Shown here: positions 47,828 to 58,528 of the stretch, in pieces
Position numbering within the stretch: position 1 is the stretch's first letter
How the letters are laid out: each line of letters opens with the position of its first letter
From: a virus
DNA length: 64,000 bases
Virus record (IMG/VR): IMGVR_UViG_3300045919_000631
Coordinates: 45,281 to 109,280 of that record
Direction: 5' to 3' (one strand)
Position numbers and translations under genes: made by a program
The notes under the pieces: model-generated
What the model was told of the DNA's origin: nothing
Seen by the model: only the letters and a program-made list of their open reading frames with translations
The model's database searches: none

Positions 47828-48933
47828 ACTGCATCATCTTCAACCTCATCTGGAACTTCAGCTGCACCTCCTGTAGATGCCATTCCATATTTCCACTCTG
47901 TCTTAATGCGTTCCTCAATTCCTGGTACAATAAAATTGTCCCAAAGCTCAATATCATTTTTCCAGCGACCATATTGACCAATTTTATCTCCATTTGGCTT
48001 TGTGTATGTGCTTCCGCTTTGGTTGATGACACCAAGCCCAACTGCTAAATCAAGTAAACCATAGTATTTAGCAAGACCACTTTCAAAGCTTAGATACATC
48101 TCTCCTTCAAGATATTGTTTTGCAAAACGGTTCTTTGCTGTTAATGCTCTAAGAATTACTCCAGGATAGCTTTTTTGCCCCACAGCTAATTTTGATTCAA
48201 TATGCTTATCTTCTTTCATTGGCTTGCGAGCCAATTGAACTGTTACTGACGGAAGATAGACTGCAGCACGACCGCCTGGCATTTCTTTTACAAGAGAAGG
48301 AAACATTGCAGATGGATCATCAAAGATATGATTTGTTGCAAGAATCGTTGTCTTGGTTACAGCAGCTAATTGCGTTGCTGTTCTCAGTAATGATTTAACT
48401 GCCTTTGCTCTACTTCCCATATCAGCAGAAACATTACTCTTTTCCATTCTGTTGATTTGAATCTCGCTTTCCATATTACCAAGCGAATCAATTGCTACTA
48501 CAAACTTATCAGTAATACCTTTTTCTTGAGCTTTCTTCAAGAAAGACCAAAGAGTGTTTCTACATTCTTCAAGGCTAAATGATGGAACATATTTAACCAG
48601 ACTTGAATCTAAACCTAGAGCCTCTGCTCCTTGAGCATCAATTGCGTTTTCACTATCAAAAACGACAATCGTTTTACCTGCTTTCTGTGCATTAGCAAGA
48701 ATTTTTTGAATGATATATGACTTACCGGTCATAGATGGGCCTGCAAATAAAGTTAATCTATTTTTTGGAATCCCGCCAAAAAGAGAACCGGAAATAATGC
48801 CGTTAAGCACCATTGATCCGGTGTCCCACCAACCCTCTACATTTGAAAGTGCTCCATTTTTCAGAAATGAAGCATATGGATTTAACTTATCAATTTCACC
48901 TAAAATTTCATCGAGATCAGCGTCTTTGGCCAT
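47824..48933 (-). CDS. uvsX: RecA-like recombinase UvsX
   Basis: DTGS..LNGIISGS..GGIP, AGPSMTGKS, FDSENA, IDSLGN, ADMG.RAK, TNH, KNRF. Confidence 0.95.
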   Translation of the reverse strand: MAKDADLDEILGEIDKLNPYASFLKNGALSNVEGWWDTGSMVLNGIISGSLFGGIPKNRLTLFAGPSMTGKSYIIQKILANAQKAGKTIVVFDSENAIDAQGAEALGLDSSLVKYVPSFSLEECRNTLWSFLKKAQEKGITDKFVVAIDSLGNMESEIQINRMEKSNVSADMGSRAKAVKSLLRTATQLAAVTKTTILATNHIFDDPSAMFPSLVKEMPGGRAAVYLPSVTVQLARKPMKEDKHIESKLAVGQKSYPGVILRALTAKNRFAKQYLEGEMYLSFESGLAKYYGLLDLAVGLGVINQSGSTYTKPNGDKIGQYGRWKNDIELWDNFIVPGIEERIKTEWKYGMASTGGAAEVPDEVEDDAV

Positions 48934-48955
48934 CCCGAATTATAATATGAAACTT

Positions 48956-49207
48956 TTAAGATTCCATTATTTTTCTTGACTCTTGCAAGATTTCTTGAGC
49001 GCGCTTTTGACGTGGTCCTGCAGTATTGTTTGTCTCAATAATAAAGTCCCGCCATGATAGAAATACACGACGAATCTTTTCGAGTTCTTTGTTAGCAACT
49101 GTTTTGTCGCCCTTATCGGTGCCATCAACAATGCGTAACATTACTAATGCTGTTCCAACTAAGCCATCTTTTTGACCTTGAATAAAGTCTGGTGAATTTT
49201 GTGCCAT
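48956..49207 (-). CDS. hypothetical protein
   Basis: 83 aa with a weak sigma70-like promoter upstream. Confidence 0.6.
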   Translation of the reverse strand: MAQNSPDFIQGQKDGLVGTALVMLRIVDGTDKGDKTVANKELEKIRRVFLSWRDFIIETNNTAGPRQKRAQEILQESRKIMES

Positions 49208-49241
49208 ATTAATATATAATGCTCAACTAACTCAAATCAAT

Positions 49242-49267
49242 AAAAAACCCTCAGTATTGAGGGTTTT
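49242..49267 (-). terminator. Rho-independent terminator (possibly bidirectional)
   Basis: AAAACCCTCA-gtat-TGAGGGTTTT hairpin; T6 tail on the minus strand, just after the 49272 stop. Confidence 0.85.
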
Positions 49268-49271
49268 AGAT

Positions 49272-49520
49272 TTAAGCTAAATTAAGCTGTTTTGTTAGAG
49301 CGTCTAGAAGAGACTCATTAGTCCACTGTGGATTATCGTAATTTGCATCACTCAAATCATTTACTTTAATACGTCCTAAATCGCTACAATAAACATAGAC
49401 CGTTTTTTCAGCTACGTTATCTTGAACGCTTTGGATAGTAATTGTCGAAACTTGCTTTACTTCAGCTGCACGAACAACAATTGACTTACTTGAACTTAGA
49501 GTGGCGATAAGAGTGCTCAT
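49272..49520 (-). CDS. small late hypothetical protein
   Basis: Own TAAATA 6 nt before the ATG and own terminator. Confidence 0.6.
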   Translation of the reverse strand: MSTLIATLSSSKSIVVRAAEVKQVSTITIQSVQDNVAEKTVYVYCSDLGRIKVNDLSDANYDNPQWTNESLLDALTKQLNLA

Positions 49521-49536
49521 ATAATTTATTTATTAT

Positions 49537-49908
49537 TTATTCATTGAATAACTTTACAACTTCAGGTGCTACCTCAGCTTTAGCATCAGCAAAATTGAAA
49601 GACTGATTTACTACTCTGTCATATTGGCTAATAATCTTTGGATCAATATTAAAACCTTTCCCTAAAGCAATTGCAGATTTGCAATATTCATATGCAAAGT
49701 TTCTCTTAGTGGTTGGAGTCGATTCAATAAATTCACCGAGAAATAGAGGAACAAGCTGCACTGTTAGTTGATTATTTTGCTGGGTATGAACAATAATCAT
49801 TGTTGGGTTCTGAACTGTAATTGTGGTTGGAGTAGCTGCTGATACAACTTCTTCACCGATAATATTGCGGCCGTTTTGATCAATAAAAGTAACGTAATTT
49901 TTAGACAT
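49537..49908 (-). CDS. hypothetical protein, possibly Sm-like fold
   Basis: GRNIIGE..ITVQNP..VQLVP pattern; between gp43 and uvsX. Confidence 0.55.
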   Translation of the reverse strand: MSKNYVTFIDQNGRNIIGEEVVSAATPTTITVQNPTMIIVHTQQNNQLTVQLVPLFLGEFIESTPTTKRNFAYEYCKSAIALGKGFNIDPKIISQYDRVVNQSFNFADAKAEVAPEVVKLFNE

Positions 49909-49937
49909 ATCTTATATTAAGATAAAACGATATAAAA

Positions 49938-52511
49938 TCAAGATAATAAATTGAATAGATTTGTCTGCGTTAATGTTCCAGGTTGCTGAGCTTGCCAATT
50001 TACATTTTCGTAAAAACGTTCAACAATTGAGAACACGTGGCTATTAAACATTCTATCGAAATCGATGCTTAATTTTGATTTAAACTCTTCTGGAAACGTA
50101 TACTTGTAGCCAATTGCATTAATATTAAATGGATTTGGCCTCATTACATAGAAGTATCTAACTTTATCACCTGATGCAATTTTTTCGTATTTGTTATCAA
50201 GCTTGAATCTTTCAAGTAAAGTATTGTAATAATATGCTGCTTTTGCATGGACTGTCATTCCTTTAGCAGTATCGAATTCATCGCATTGATCTTCTTTTTC
50301 CTCAAACCCGTTTAACCCTGATACTAGCGAAATAGTCTCAATTGGAAGACTTTTAAATATTTCATACGTTTCATTCAACACTTTACTTGTCTCAACAATG
50401 TTTTGTGTTGTAAGCATCGTTTCTATAATTTTTTTGACATATGGCCTAACCGCAACAGGCATAGTACTTCTCACAACCTCAACACCTGTATATTTAAATT
50501 TGTTGCAGGGTATTCCTTCATCATCTAATACATGAAGAACATATCTTTTCTTGCCAACAAAAAGACCCGTATCAGCTATAACTTCTCTTTTAAAAACGAA
50601 TCGACAATCTTTAGATCGAAATTCTTTGACACCCCATATCTTAATATTTTTATTGAGATAGTCTTCAATTTCCTGAACAAGTTTTAACGTCTCTTGAGAT
50701 AGCTTTTCTTCATTTTTAAATTTAATGTCGTTGCTAACAAAGAATGGACTAATTGATATGTAACTTGAATCTGTGTCATTATAGATAATACACTTATCTA
50801 GAGTATTATCATCTACATCTTTGATACGCTCTTTAATAAACTCCTTTAATAAGATATTAGATTGTTTGATTACTGATTGACCAGTTAGCGTAACTGATGA
50901 TGCAATATTATCGTCACCCATTGGAGCGTGCTTATTTCCGAAGTATCCATATAGACCATTTACAAGAACTTTAATGCATAGTTGTTTACCATTTAATTGA
51001 GTAATTTTGGTGTTAATATTTTTAGCTTCAACAGTGTTTTCAGAAAGAGTAGAGACGTCTTTCTTGTATTTCTTTAATTGCTTTTTAATTTCTTGGCGTT
51101 GAGCCGCATAATAATCAAGAATTTCTGGCATTAGTCCTTTATTTTTCTGGGAAAATAGAACGTTTGCTTTGCTTACAGCTATTTGCTCTTTTTCAAGAAA
51201 AATTGCATACTTCTCTGGAGTTAATGTAAACACTTTGCCGCTTACATGTTTTATACTGATTGAATTAGTGTCTGTGTTAGATATAACGCCAATTTTTGTC
51301 TCTGGCGACATATTCAAACTAATCATAACGTTTGGATATAGAGAGTTAGCATCAAAAGATACTATCTTTTCTTGAAAGTTAGTTCTTGGTTCAGCAACAT
51401 ATGCACCTGGATTTACTGAATCATCAGAGTCTCGGATAAATGTCGGTATTCTCTGATTTCTAAAACGAGCTCGAACTGCAGCCGCGCCATTGATAACAGC
51501 TAAAGTACTCATTGCATTTTCAAATGTGGTTAGACCAACGTATGCAAGTAGTCTAACTAACTCAATATACTTTAGTTTGTCATCTAGCTTACGGAGAAGT
51601 TTTACGTCTACAATATTATACTCAATAAATTTTTGCCAATTAGTATCAGCTAATGTCGCTAAACTCATACCACCAATATCAACTTTTTTCTCACCGAGCT
51701 CAGTTTCAGCAATGCTATTGAGTTTGAAACTTTCACGCTGACCTAAACAAAATCTTTTGTAAATGTCAAGATAATCTACGACACTGACCCCTTCAATATA
51801 CCAACGAATTTGATCGCGGCCAAACTGACCTCTTATTGAGCGCGAAGTTACTCGCTTTGCAGGTGATAATCTCTGTACAAATTCCTCGCCGAGAAGATTT
51901 GCTACTCGATTAATGACATACGGAATATCGAACGTCTCAGAATTCCAACCGGTCAAGATATCTGGATAATCCTTTTCAATATACTCAATAAATTTTATTA
52001 AAATGTCTCTCTCATTGTGACATTTCTTGTATATAACATCAGGATCATTATTCACAAAGTCTCCTGCTGCCCAAGTAAAATACTTATTAGCTAATGAGTC
52101 GTAAATTGTAATAACATTAATTGGTTCTTTAGCTTCTTCTGGTCTTGGGAACTTATCAGGGGCATACACCTCAATATCAAGAAACACTATCTTAATCGGA
52201 TGCTGACTAAATTTTAAATCTTCGTTTTCTTTCCAAAAAGTATCGACGAGATATTGCTGAACTGGCGGCAAGTTTTCAAAAATTCTTACAACTTCCGTAT
52301 CTTTAATAAACTTATATCTATCAAACTGAGTTCTAAATGATCTCTTTACGAGCTTAGTTCCAAAAATTGACTCAGCAATACCTCCACTACCTTCAACATA
52401 GATATAAGGTTCATAAGAAGCTTTTACTTCTATACGCTTACCATCTGTGTCCCAGGTAGACAATACGATTCCACGCTCTTTGTGATCGTAGTAAGCATTA
52501 CGGTAACTCAT
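49938..52511 (-). CDS. gp43: family B DNA polymerase, gp43
   Basis: Exo DIEV, GWNSETFDIPY, YNIVD; pol SFDANSLYP, KVLVNGLYG, YNDTDS, KKRY. Confidence 0.98.
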   Translation of the reverse strand: MSYRNAYYDHKERGIVLSTWDTDGKRIEVKASYEPYIYVEGSGGIAESIFGTKLVKRSFRTQFDRYKFIKDTEVVRIFENLPPVQQYLVDTFWKENEDLKFSQHPIKIVFLDIEVYAPDKFPRPEEAKEPINVITIYDSLANKYFTWAAGDFVNNDPDVIYKKCHNERDILIKFIEYIEKDYPDILTGWNSETFDIPYVINRVANLLGEEFVQRLSPAKRVTSRSIRGQFGRDQIRWYIEGVSVVDYLDIYKRFCLGQRESFKLNSIAETELGEKKVDIGGMSLATLADTNWQKFIEYNIVDVKLLRKLDDKLKYIELVRLLAYVGLTTFENAMSTLAVINGAAAVRARFRNQRIPTFIRDSDDSVNPGAYVAEPRTNFQEKIVSFDANSLYPNVMISLNMSPETKIGVISNTDTNSISIKHVSGKVFTLTPEKYAIFLEKEQIAVSKANVLFSQKNKGLMPEILDYYAAQRQEIKKQLKKYKKDVSTLSENTVEAKNINTKITQLNGKQLCIKVLVNGLYGYFGNKHAPMGDDNIASSVTLTGQSVIKQSNILLKEFIKERIKDVDDNTLDKCIIYNDTDSSYISISPFFVSNDIKFKNEEKLSQETLKLVQEIEDYLNKNIKIWGVKEFRSKDCRFVFKREVIADTGLFVGKKRYVLHVLDDEGIPCNKFKYTGVEVVRSTMPVAVRPYVKKIIETMLTTQNIVETSKVLNETYEIFKSLPIETISLVSGLNGFEEKEDQCDEFDTAKGMTVHAKAAYYYNTLLERFKLDNKYEKIASGDKVRYFYVMRPNPFNINAIGYKYTFPEEFKSKLSIDFDRMFNSHVFSIVERFYENVNWQAQQPGTLTQTNLFNLLS

Positions 52512-52535
52512 TACCGTCCATTATAAATCACTTCC

Positions 52536-53756
52536 TTAGTTAAATCTACTTAGATTTTTTCTAGATTTATCACCAAATGGGGTTGTATATAGTTCAGTAT
52601 AGCAATCAATATTTTGATCAAGTTCAAGCCATCTTGTATCTGCATATTGACGAGCTGCTTTACAAGTTGCGCGATATTTATCGACGTCTCTTAAAGTGCT
52701 CGTTATTCTGTCAATCATTTCATCACCTGTGTTAAATTTAATTGGCGCATTTTTATAGGTGCAAAGATCTTGGCAGGCAATTGGAATTCCAAAAGCGCTT
52801 GACTCTATGTATTTTAGGTCGCTCTTAGATTTGTTAAAATTGTTATTTTGTAGCGGAGCAACCATCATATTGACGTTAAGATCGCTAATAGCTTGGCCAT
52901 ATTCATATAGCCTTTTCCATTGATGGAATTCAATCTTACCTGAACGAACTAAATCAATTAAAGGCAAAGGAAATGCACCGAGAAACACCCACTGAAATTT
53001 ATCAGATGTTCTTCTAATAACATCGTTTACGTGCTCAAAATCATCTTTTTGCTTAACTCTATTATCAACATCAAAATGAGCTCCAGATCCAGCATATAAA
53101 ATGCGTGGGCGTTTTTTATACTTATCAAGGTTATTCATGTTTTTGGTGAGATCGTAATAGTGGCCTAACCAAAACTTTGGCATAAAATTTGGAATGACTG
53201 TAATGTTTTTATTGCCAGTTTTGCTCATGTAATAATCTTTCATGAAATCGCAAGTAACGGTAATTTCATCACACATAGCCATAATAGCTTGAGCAGACTC
53301 TCTAATTTCAGGATTTTCAAATGCTGGCTTATATTTGTTGTAGTCTGGAATATCTTCCTTAAAGCAAAGATCATCAATTTCATACATGATCTTCATACCA
53401 TTCTGTTTCTGAACCTCTTTTAAGAATTTTACAAACTCTAGTTGCTGTCTCGTAGCTTGGCGTTGAATTCTAACACCTTTAGCGGCGACATAATATTTTG
53501 GATCCAGGTTCATTACTGTAGTCCCATGGCATACAGCTTTACTGTGAGCATTTAATACCTGCTCAGGCCAAATCAGTCTCCAGTGACCACAGCCGCTATA
53601 ATCCGCATAATAACTCAAAAATCTAGGTAAACTCAGCTCAACTGGTGCATCAGGTTGTGGCTTTTCTGGTGTAGGAGCTTGGCCACCAATATTAAGAGGT
53701 ATAGATGCCGCAAAACCTTTTGACTGAAAAGGTAGGTTGCTATTAGTTATAAACAT
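52536..53756 (-). CDS. GT-B fold glycosyltransferase
   Basis: ADYSGCGHWRL..YEIDD..CDEITVT..VIPNF..APLQNNNFNKSKSDLKYIESSAFGIP; ATG at 53756 preferred. Confidence 0.85.
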   Translation of the reverse strand: MFITNSNLPFQSKGFAASIPLNIGGQAPTPEKPQPDAPVELSLPRFLSYYADYSGCGHWRLIWPEQVLNAHSKAVCHGTTVMNLDPKYYVAAKGVRIQRQATRQQLEFVKFLKEVQKQNGMKIMYEIDDLCFKEDIPDYNKYKPAFENPEIRESAQAIMAMCDEITVTCDFMKDYYMSKTGNKNITVIPNFMPKFWLGHYYDLTKNMNNLDKYKKRPRILYAGSGAHFDVDNRVKQKDDFEHVNDVIRRTSDKFQWVFLGAFPLPLIDLVRSGKIEFHQWKRLYEYGQAISDLNVNMMVAPLQNNNFNKSKSDLKYIESSAFGIPIACQDLCTYKNAPIKFNTGDEMIDRITSTLRDVDKYRATCKAARQYADTRWLELDQNIDCYTELYTTPFGDKSRKNLSRFN

Positions 53757-53795
53757 ACTAACATTTATAACTTGCAATATATTAATCCACGATTA

Positions 53796-55601
53796 TTAAC
53801 TGCTTATAGTTGATACTTTTCGGGTAATACCATTCTTTTTTTCAAGATAAATAATATCCCCTGTGGCTGCTTTAATGCTTTCTTTACGGTGACTAATTAC
53901 AAGAACGCATTCATTATACTTATCACAACGTTCTTTTAGTATATTTAGCACAATTTCAACACCTTTTTCGTCAAGGCTGCTATCAAATAATTCATCATAT
54001 ATGCTAATATTATAATATACATCACCTTGAGCCTTGCGCATATCCATAAATGCAAATAAACAAGCAAGATCAATTGCTTTCTTTTCTGCGCCAGAAAAGT
54101 TGTTGTAAGATGAGAGTTTGCCTTTTTCGTTTAATATTTCTTCTTCAAAATATTCATTGAATACGCAAATACTATTACTATCAAGCTTTTTGAGATAGCT
54201 ACCAAGTTTTGCATTAAAACTCTGTAGGATCTTTTTTACGAGATAACTCTTTACACCTTCTTCACTCACCACAAATTTAACAGTATCTAAAACATTGATG
54301 ACCTTTTTGATGTTATCTAATTCATTTTTAATGGTGGTAAGTTTTTCAGTATTTACTTTGATAAGTTCATCGAAAGTATCTCCAGTGGAGTCAACGGTTA
54401 AAATACTATCTTGTAACTGTTTATTAACTTCAAGTAAGCCTTGAATTTGGTTATCAATTCCTGCAAGACTATTAAGTTTGTTTTGTAATTCTTGTCGATC
54501 TGAAACAACTTTAGAGCGAGCTTTTATAATAATGTCGCTTTCGTTTCTTAAACGATCTCTTTCAATTTTTTTTGCCTCAACATCTTTGTTTAGGGTTTCA
54601 ATATCAATTTTTATTACAGCTTTTTTGTTGATTAAATCATCTTTATCACAAAGAGCTAATGGTCTCAAACACGTTGGACAAATATCTTCAGATGTACCTG
54701 CTTGATCATAATCTCTCTCTCTTTGTCTTTTTTTGCTATAAATTTCTGTAAACTCAATCACTGCAGCTTCCACTTTTTCAGGGTTTAGCTTTTTGTTTAA
54801 CTCTTCAATTTGTCTTAATTTAATATCAATAGAGCTTTGAATATCAGATTGCTCTGTTAATTTACTACGAAAAATATCGATTTTTGCAATATTAGCATCA
54901 ATTTTTTGCTGAATTCCTGCAGCTTTTCCTTCCCTTTCAATAATACTACTTGCTTTCTTCTTTTGCAAAGCGTCTACCACGTCTTTAACTTCATCGTGTT
55001 TTGCAATTTCGATATCAAAGCTGTTTTTTACTTCGTTATATTCATCCCTGAGCTTTGTAAGCATTTGGGAAAAAATCTGTAAATTAAAAATTTGCTCAAT
55101 AAACTTACGTTTTTCAACTTTTCCTTTAGCCATAAAAGGAATTGTGCTATTAAGTGTCATTATGACACAATTTTGAAAAATTTCTTGCGAAGATGATAAA
55201 ACTTCAGAAATATAATCATTTGTGTTTGATATGCTATCTCTTGTCTTATCTACAGTATTTTTAAAAACGTATAGCTTAGACGGGTTTAATTGTCTAACAA
55301 TAACAAAATCATCATTACCGATACTTGAGTTGACATTAAATTCTAACTGCACCTCACACTGATTATTAGTAACATTATTGCTAATTAAATCTTTTTTAAT
55401 ATCTCTCAAACATACTCCAAAAATTGCAAAATATATTGCATCAGCAATTGTAGATTTACCGACACCATTGCGGCGGTCTTCTTTATCTCTGTTAACGCCA
55501 GTTATAATGTGAACTCCTTTCTTGAAATCAATCACAACCTCTTCATCACCTATAGATAAAAAGTTCTTTATTTTAAGCTGCTTAAATGTTACGTATTTCA
55601 T
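53796..55601 (-). CDS. gp46: recombination nuclease ATPase subunit, gp46 (Rad50/SbcC-like)
   Basis: KNFLSIG, NGVGKST, CPTC zinc hook, FSGAEK, IYDELFDSSLD, VISH. Confidence 0.96.
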   Translation of the reverse strand: MKYVTFKQLKIKNFLSIGDEEVVIDFKKGVHIITGVNRDKEDRRNGVGKSTIADAIYFAIFGVCLRDIKKDLISNNVTNNQCEVQLEFNVNSSIGNDDFVIVRQLNPSKLYVFKNTVDKTRDSISNTNDYISEVLSSSQEIFQNCVIMTLNSTIPFMAKGKVEKRKFIEQIFNLQIFSQMLTKLRDEYNEVKNSFDIEIAKHDEVKDVVDALQKKKASSIIEREGKAAGIQQKIDANIAKIDIFRSKLTEQSDIQSSIDIKLRQIEELNKKLNPEKVEAAVIEFTEIYSKKRQRERDYDQAGTSEDICPTCLRPLALCDKDDLINKKAVIKIDIETLNKDVEAKKIERDRLRNESDIIIKARSKVVSDRQELQNKLNSLAGIDNQIQGLLEVNKQLQDSILTVDSTGDTFDELIKVNTEKLTTIKNELDNIKKVINVLDTVKFVVSEEGVKSYLVKKILQSFNAKLGSYLKKLDSNSICVFNEYFEEEILNEKGKLSSYNNFSGAEKKAIDLACLFAFMDMRKAQGDVYYNISIYDELFDSSLDEKGVEIVLNILKERCDKYNECVLVISHRKESIKAATGDIIYLEKKNGITRKVSTISS

Positions 55602-56635
55602 GCTGATTTTTGCATCAATTCAATAGTGTATTCAATAACTTCTTTTTTATTTTGTATATCTAACATATTGACAAATTCTTCAATAGCTGTTTCAAGCGAT
55701 ACAGATGTTAAATCATAAACTTCTTCATCATTGACTCTAATTTTGTTATAATTGACATCGTGATCCACGCGCAACTCTATAGGGCTGTATGAGTTCATTT
55801 TACCTAGCAAAATATCGAGATGCTCCGTGCTTATATTTTTATCAACTACTAATTTGATTATATTATTAGGAATAAATTCACTAAATACATCAATGCTTTT
55901 AAGTGTTATTAGCTTAGATAGGTAAACTACTATATGTTTTGGAGTTAATGAGTTTTCAATGAATTCATATTCAAGAGTATCAGTATCAAGAATATAGTAA
56001 CCTTTTTTCTGATAAGCATCGCCGAAATCCATTTCGAATGGATTTCCAACCATTACAATACTACCTTTATTTCCGAACTTTTTTTCATCTCTTGAGTGAA
56101 AGTGGCCGGAAAATATGAGCTTTGCTTTTGTCAAAAGCGCTTCAGGGTCATCACCTTTTTCGCAAATATGATGCGCGTTAAATCTAAAATTGGTTAATTC
56201 AAAATGACCCAAAATTACATCACTATCGGGTATTTCAAATATTTTTGTACCCCACGGGCAAAATGTAAAAGTTTTATCACCATATTTGCGGGTTGTTATT
56301 TTATCGTAAACAATAATATTTTCCGATCCTTTGAAAATTGATAAGCTGTGTGTATCTGCATTATCTTTAAAGTAGCAATCATGATTTCCTGGTATCATTG
56401 TGACTGTTTGACCTAATTTAAATCTTCTAGTAATATCAGCACTCTTATGAAGAGTTTTAACACTAATTTCATCGCGGTAATGAAACCAGTCACCTAAGAA
56501 AATCATTTCACTTATGCCGCGACTATTTTTATCAGCTAAAAACCAATCTATCCACTGCTCAGATAGATTTAACCAAAAATCACTGTTTTGATGGACTCCT
56601 AAATGTATATCTGAAAATATTGCAATTTTACTCAT
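55598..56635 (-). CDS. gp47: recombination nuclease subunit, gp47 (Mre11/SbcD-like)
   Basis: SDIHLG, FLGDWF, PGNHD, GHFE, FSGHFH. Confidence 0.96.
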   Translation of the reverse strand: MSKIAIFSDIHLGVHQNSDFWLNLSEQWIDWFLADKNSRGISEMIFLGDWFHYRDEISVKTLHKSADITRRFKLGQTVTMIPGNHDCYFKDNADTHSLSIFKGSENIIVYDKITTRKYGDKTFTFCPWGTKIFEIPDSDVILGHFELTNFRFNAHHICEKGDDPEALLTKAKLIFSGHFHSRDEKKFGNKGSIVMVGNPFEMDFGDAYQKKGYYILDTDTLEYEFIENSLTPKHIVVYLSKLITLKSIDVFSEFIPNNIIKLVVDKNISTEHLDILLGKMNSYSPIELRVDHDVNYNKIRVNDEEVYDLTSVSLETAIEEFVNMLDIQNKKEVIEYTIELMQKSA

Positions 56636-57074
56636 CGTTTACTTCGTCATCATCGGAATCAGGTTTAATGTAAATGTTGGCATCTGAACTTTTTGACATT
56701 TCTTCAGCGTAAAATTTACTCTTGTATTCATCGAGAGCCTGATTGTGTCTCTTTTCCTTTTTGATCCGATTTATAAATGCATGAAAAGCAATAGTGGTAA
56801 AATATGAAAATGGATTGTACTCAGATGTTACATCAAATTTTTTGTTCTTAACAGCTGTGTACATTTTAACAAGTGCATCACCTACCATGTCTTCACGATA
56901 GGTGTAGTTAATAAAATTGGATGAATAACTTAAGCCGTGTGCTATTTTATTGAGAGACTCAGCTAATTGATCTAAACAGGTACCCTTTGTGTAGTACTCC
57001 ACTAATTGTTGCTTAAAGATACTCGGATCAACGTAATATTCTGTTTTCTTCGGTTTAGGACCGCGTTTTGCCAT
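56628..57074 (-). CDS. gp55: late-transcription sigma factor, gp55
   Basis: YYVD..KIAHGLSYSSNFINYTYREDMVGDA..NPFSYFTTIAFHAFINRIKKEK. Confidence 0.95.
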   Translation of the reverse strand: MAKRGPKPKKTEYYVDPSIFKQQLVEYYTKGTCLDQLAESLNKIAHGLSYSSNFINYTYREDMVGDALVKMYTAVKNKKFDVTSEYNPFSYFTTIAFHAFINRIKKEKRHNQALDEYKSKFYAEEMSKSSDANIYIKPDSDDDEVNDE

Positions 57075-57080
57075 AAAACA

Positions 57081-57108
57081 ATTATATCTTATGAAACCTG
57101 CTTTTCAA
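57081..57108 (-). promoter_or_regulatory. sigma70-like promoter of gp55-47-46
   Basis: TTGAAA-N16-TATAAT-N6-ATG. Confidence 0.75.
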
Positions 57109-58528
57109 CAACTGTTGTTTCAACATAGCCAATTTTTTCTTTATTGTATGTTTCTTTACGTTGAATACTATGATTGATACCATATTCAAGCTTATCAGCA
57201 ATATCAATAATCGATAATCTAGTTTTATTGCTATTAAGCCTTAACCCTCTACCAATTGATTGAACAGTTCTAATAAAACTCTTACCTCCAGCGGCAAAAA
57301 TAATCATATGTAGATTTTTAATATTAACACCGGTCGAGAATATAGCACTTATAGCAATACATACAACGTTATTATTTGCTTCCATTTCTTGAATAACTTT
57401 AGCTCTTTCTTCTACTTCAACCTCTCCTCGAATAAAATATATTTTCTTGTCTTTAATATTTTCAGAGTTAATTAGCGTATCATATATAATATTACCGTGA
57501 GCAATATGGTTTACCATGATTAAAATGTTGTTATTAAATTTTTGACAAATAGCTGAAATCATTTTATTTCTATAGCTGCTATTATGTATAAAGTTTAACT
57601 CATCTCTAAAGTTTTTGATCTTATCAAGCTCTTCTTTATTCGTGTATTTTACGTTTAAAATATTAACAGTGACTCCCGTTAAATATTTTTCTTCTCTTAA
57701 GTCAAAACTGCTTTTTTCGTAAAAAACTCTACCAAGCTTACCAATAATATTCCATTCATCAATCTTTGTATCTGGTAAGGTGCCAGTTAATCCAAATTTA
57801 TGTGGTGTTTTAATTTGAGCTAATAGCTTATTGACTTTATTTGCTTTTTTTAATTTATGACACTCATCGATGACCATTAAGTCAATATTTTTAAGCCAGT
57901 CAGTTTCTTTGTATTGACTCTGTAATATTCCAAGATTTGCAATTATAACATTGCGCGAAAGATCAGGTTCTATTGAGCCAGTCCATTTAGTAAATGTGAA
58001 TGGGACATTATATGATTCAAAGTCTTTAAATGTTTGAGATACAAGGCCTAAATCAGGTACAATCAATAGACATTTAATATTTGAGGATTTTACCCAAAAA
58101 GATGAAATAAGAGATGCTGTTGTTAATGTTTTACCACCACCCGTGCCGATTTTAATTATACCACGACCAAATTGTAAAGCTTTTTTAACTGTCTCAAATT
58201 GAAAATCTCTTAATTTAAGGCTACATTTATCATACACTTCAGTTACATTTGTATCAGGTTTTGCTGCTTTTGAGAGTTCTGAATCTATAATTACTTCAGT
58301 TTCTGGATGAGCCGATTTTAGCCAAATAAGCAATTCATATATCATCCCAATTTCAAACAACCCTGTAGGAGTCATTAGATATAATCTTTCTTTTGCCCAC
58401 TTGTTGCCCATCTTTCTCATAAAGAAAGCGTTGGTATTTTTTACACTAAAATGCTCACGCATTTCATCAAAATGATCACCAGTCACTCTACCGAGTCTTC
58501 GGTTTGGTAGATATTCAAATTTGGTCAT
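57089..58528 (-). CDS. uvsW: SF2 helicase UvsW
   Basis: LRDFQ, GTGGGKT, IDECH, GLTGT, FSTGVNIKNLH, QSIGRGLR. Confidence 0.95.
   Translation of the reverse strand: MTKFEYLPNRRLGRVTGDHFDEMREHFSVKNTNAFFMRKMGNKWAKERLYLMTPTGLFEIGMIYELLIWLKSAHPETEVIIDSELSKAAKPDTNVTEVYDKCSLKLRDFQFETVKKALQFGRGIIKIGTGGGKTLTTASLISSFWVKSSNIKCLLIVPDLGLVSQTFKDFESYNVPFTFTKWTGSIEPDLSRNVIIANLGILQSQYKETDWLKNIDLMVIDECHKLKKANKVNKLLAQIKTPHKFGLTGTLPDTKIDEWNIIGKLGRVFYEKSSFDLREEKYLTGVTVNILNVKYTNKEELDKIKNFRDELNFIHNSSYRNKMISAICQKFNNNILIMVNHIAHGNIIYDTLINSENIKDKKIYFIRGEVEVEERAKVIQEMEANNNVVCIAISAIFSTGVNIKNLHMIIFAAGGKSFIRTVQSIGRGLRLNSNKTRLSIIDIADKLEYGINHSIQRKETYNKEKIGYVETTVVEKQVS

Noticed and set aside
29531-58528. Inteins or introns in gp17, gp41, UvsX, gp43, UvsW
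   Set aside because: Lengths and motif spacing are normal; no splicing motifs or interruptions seen
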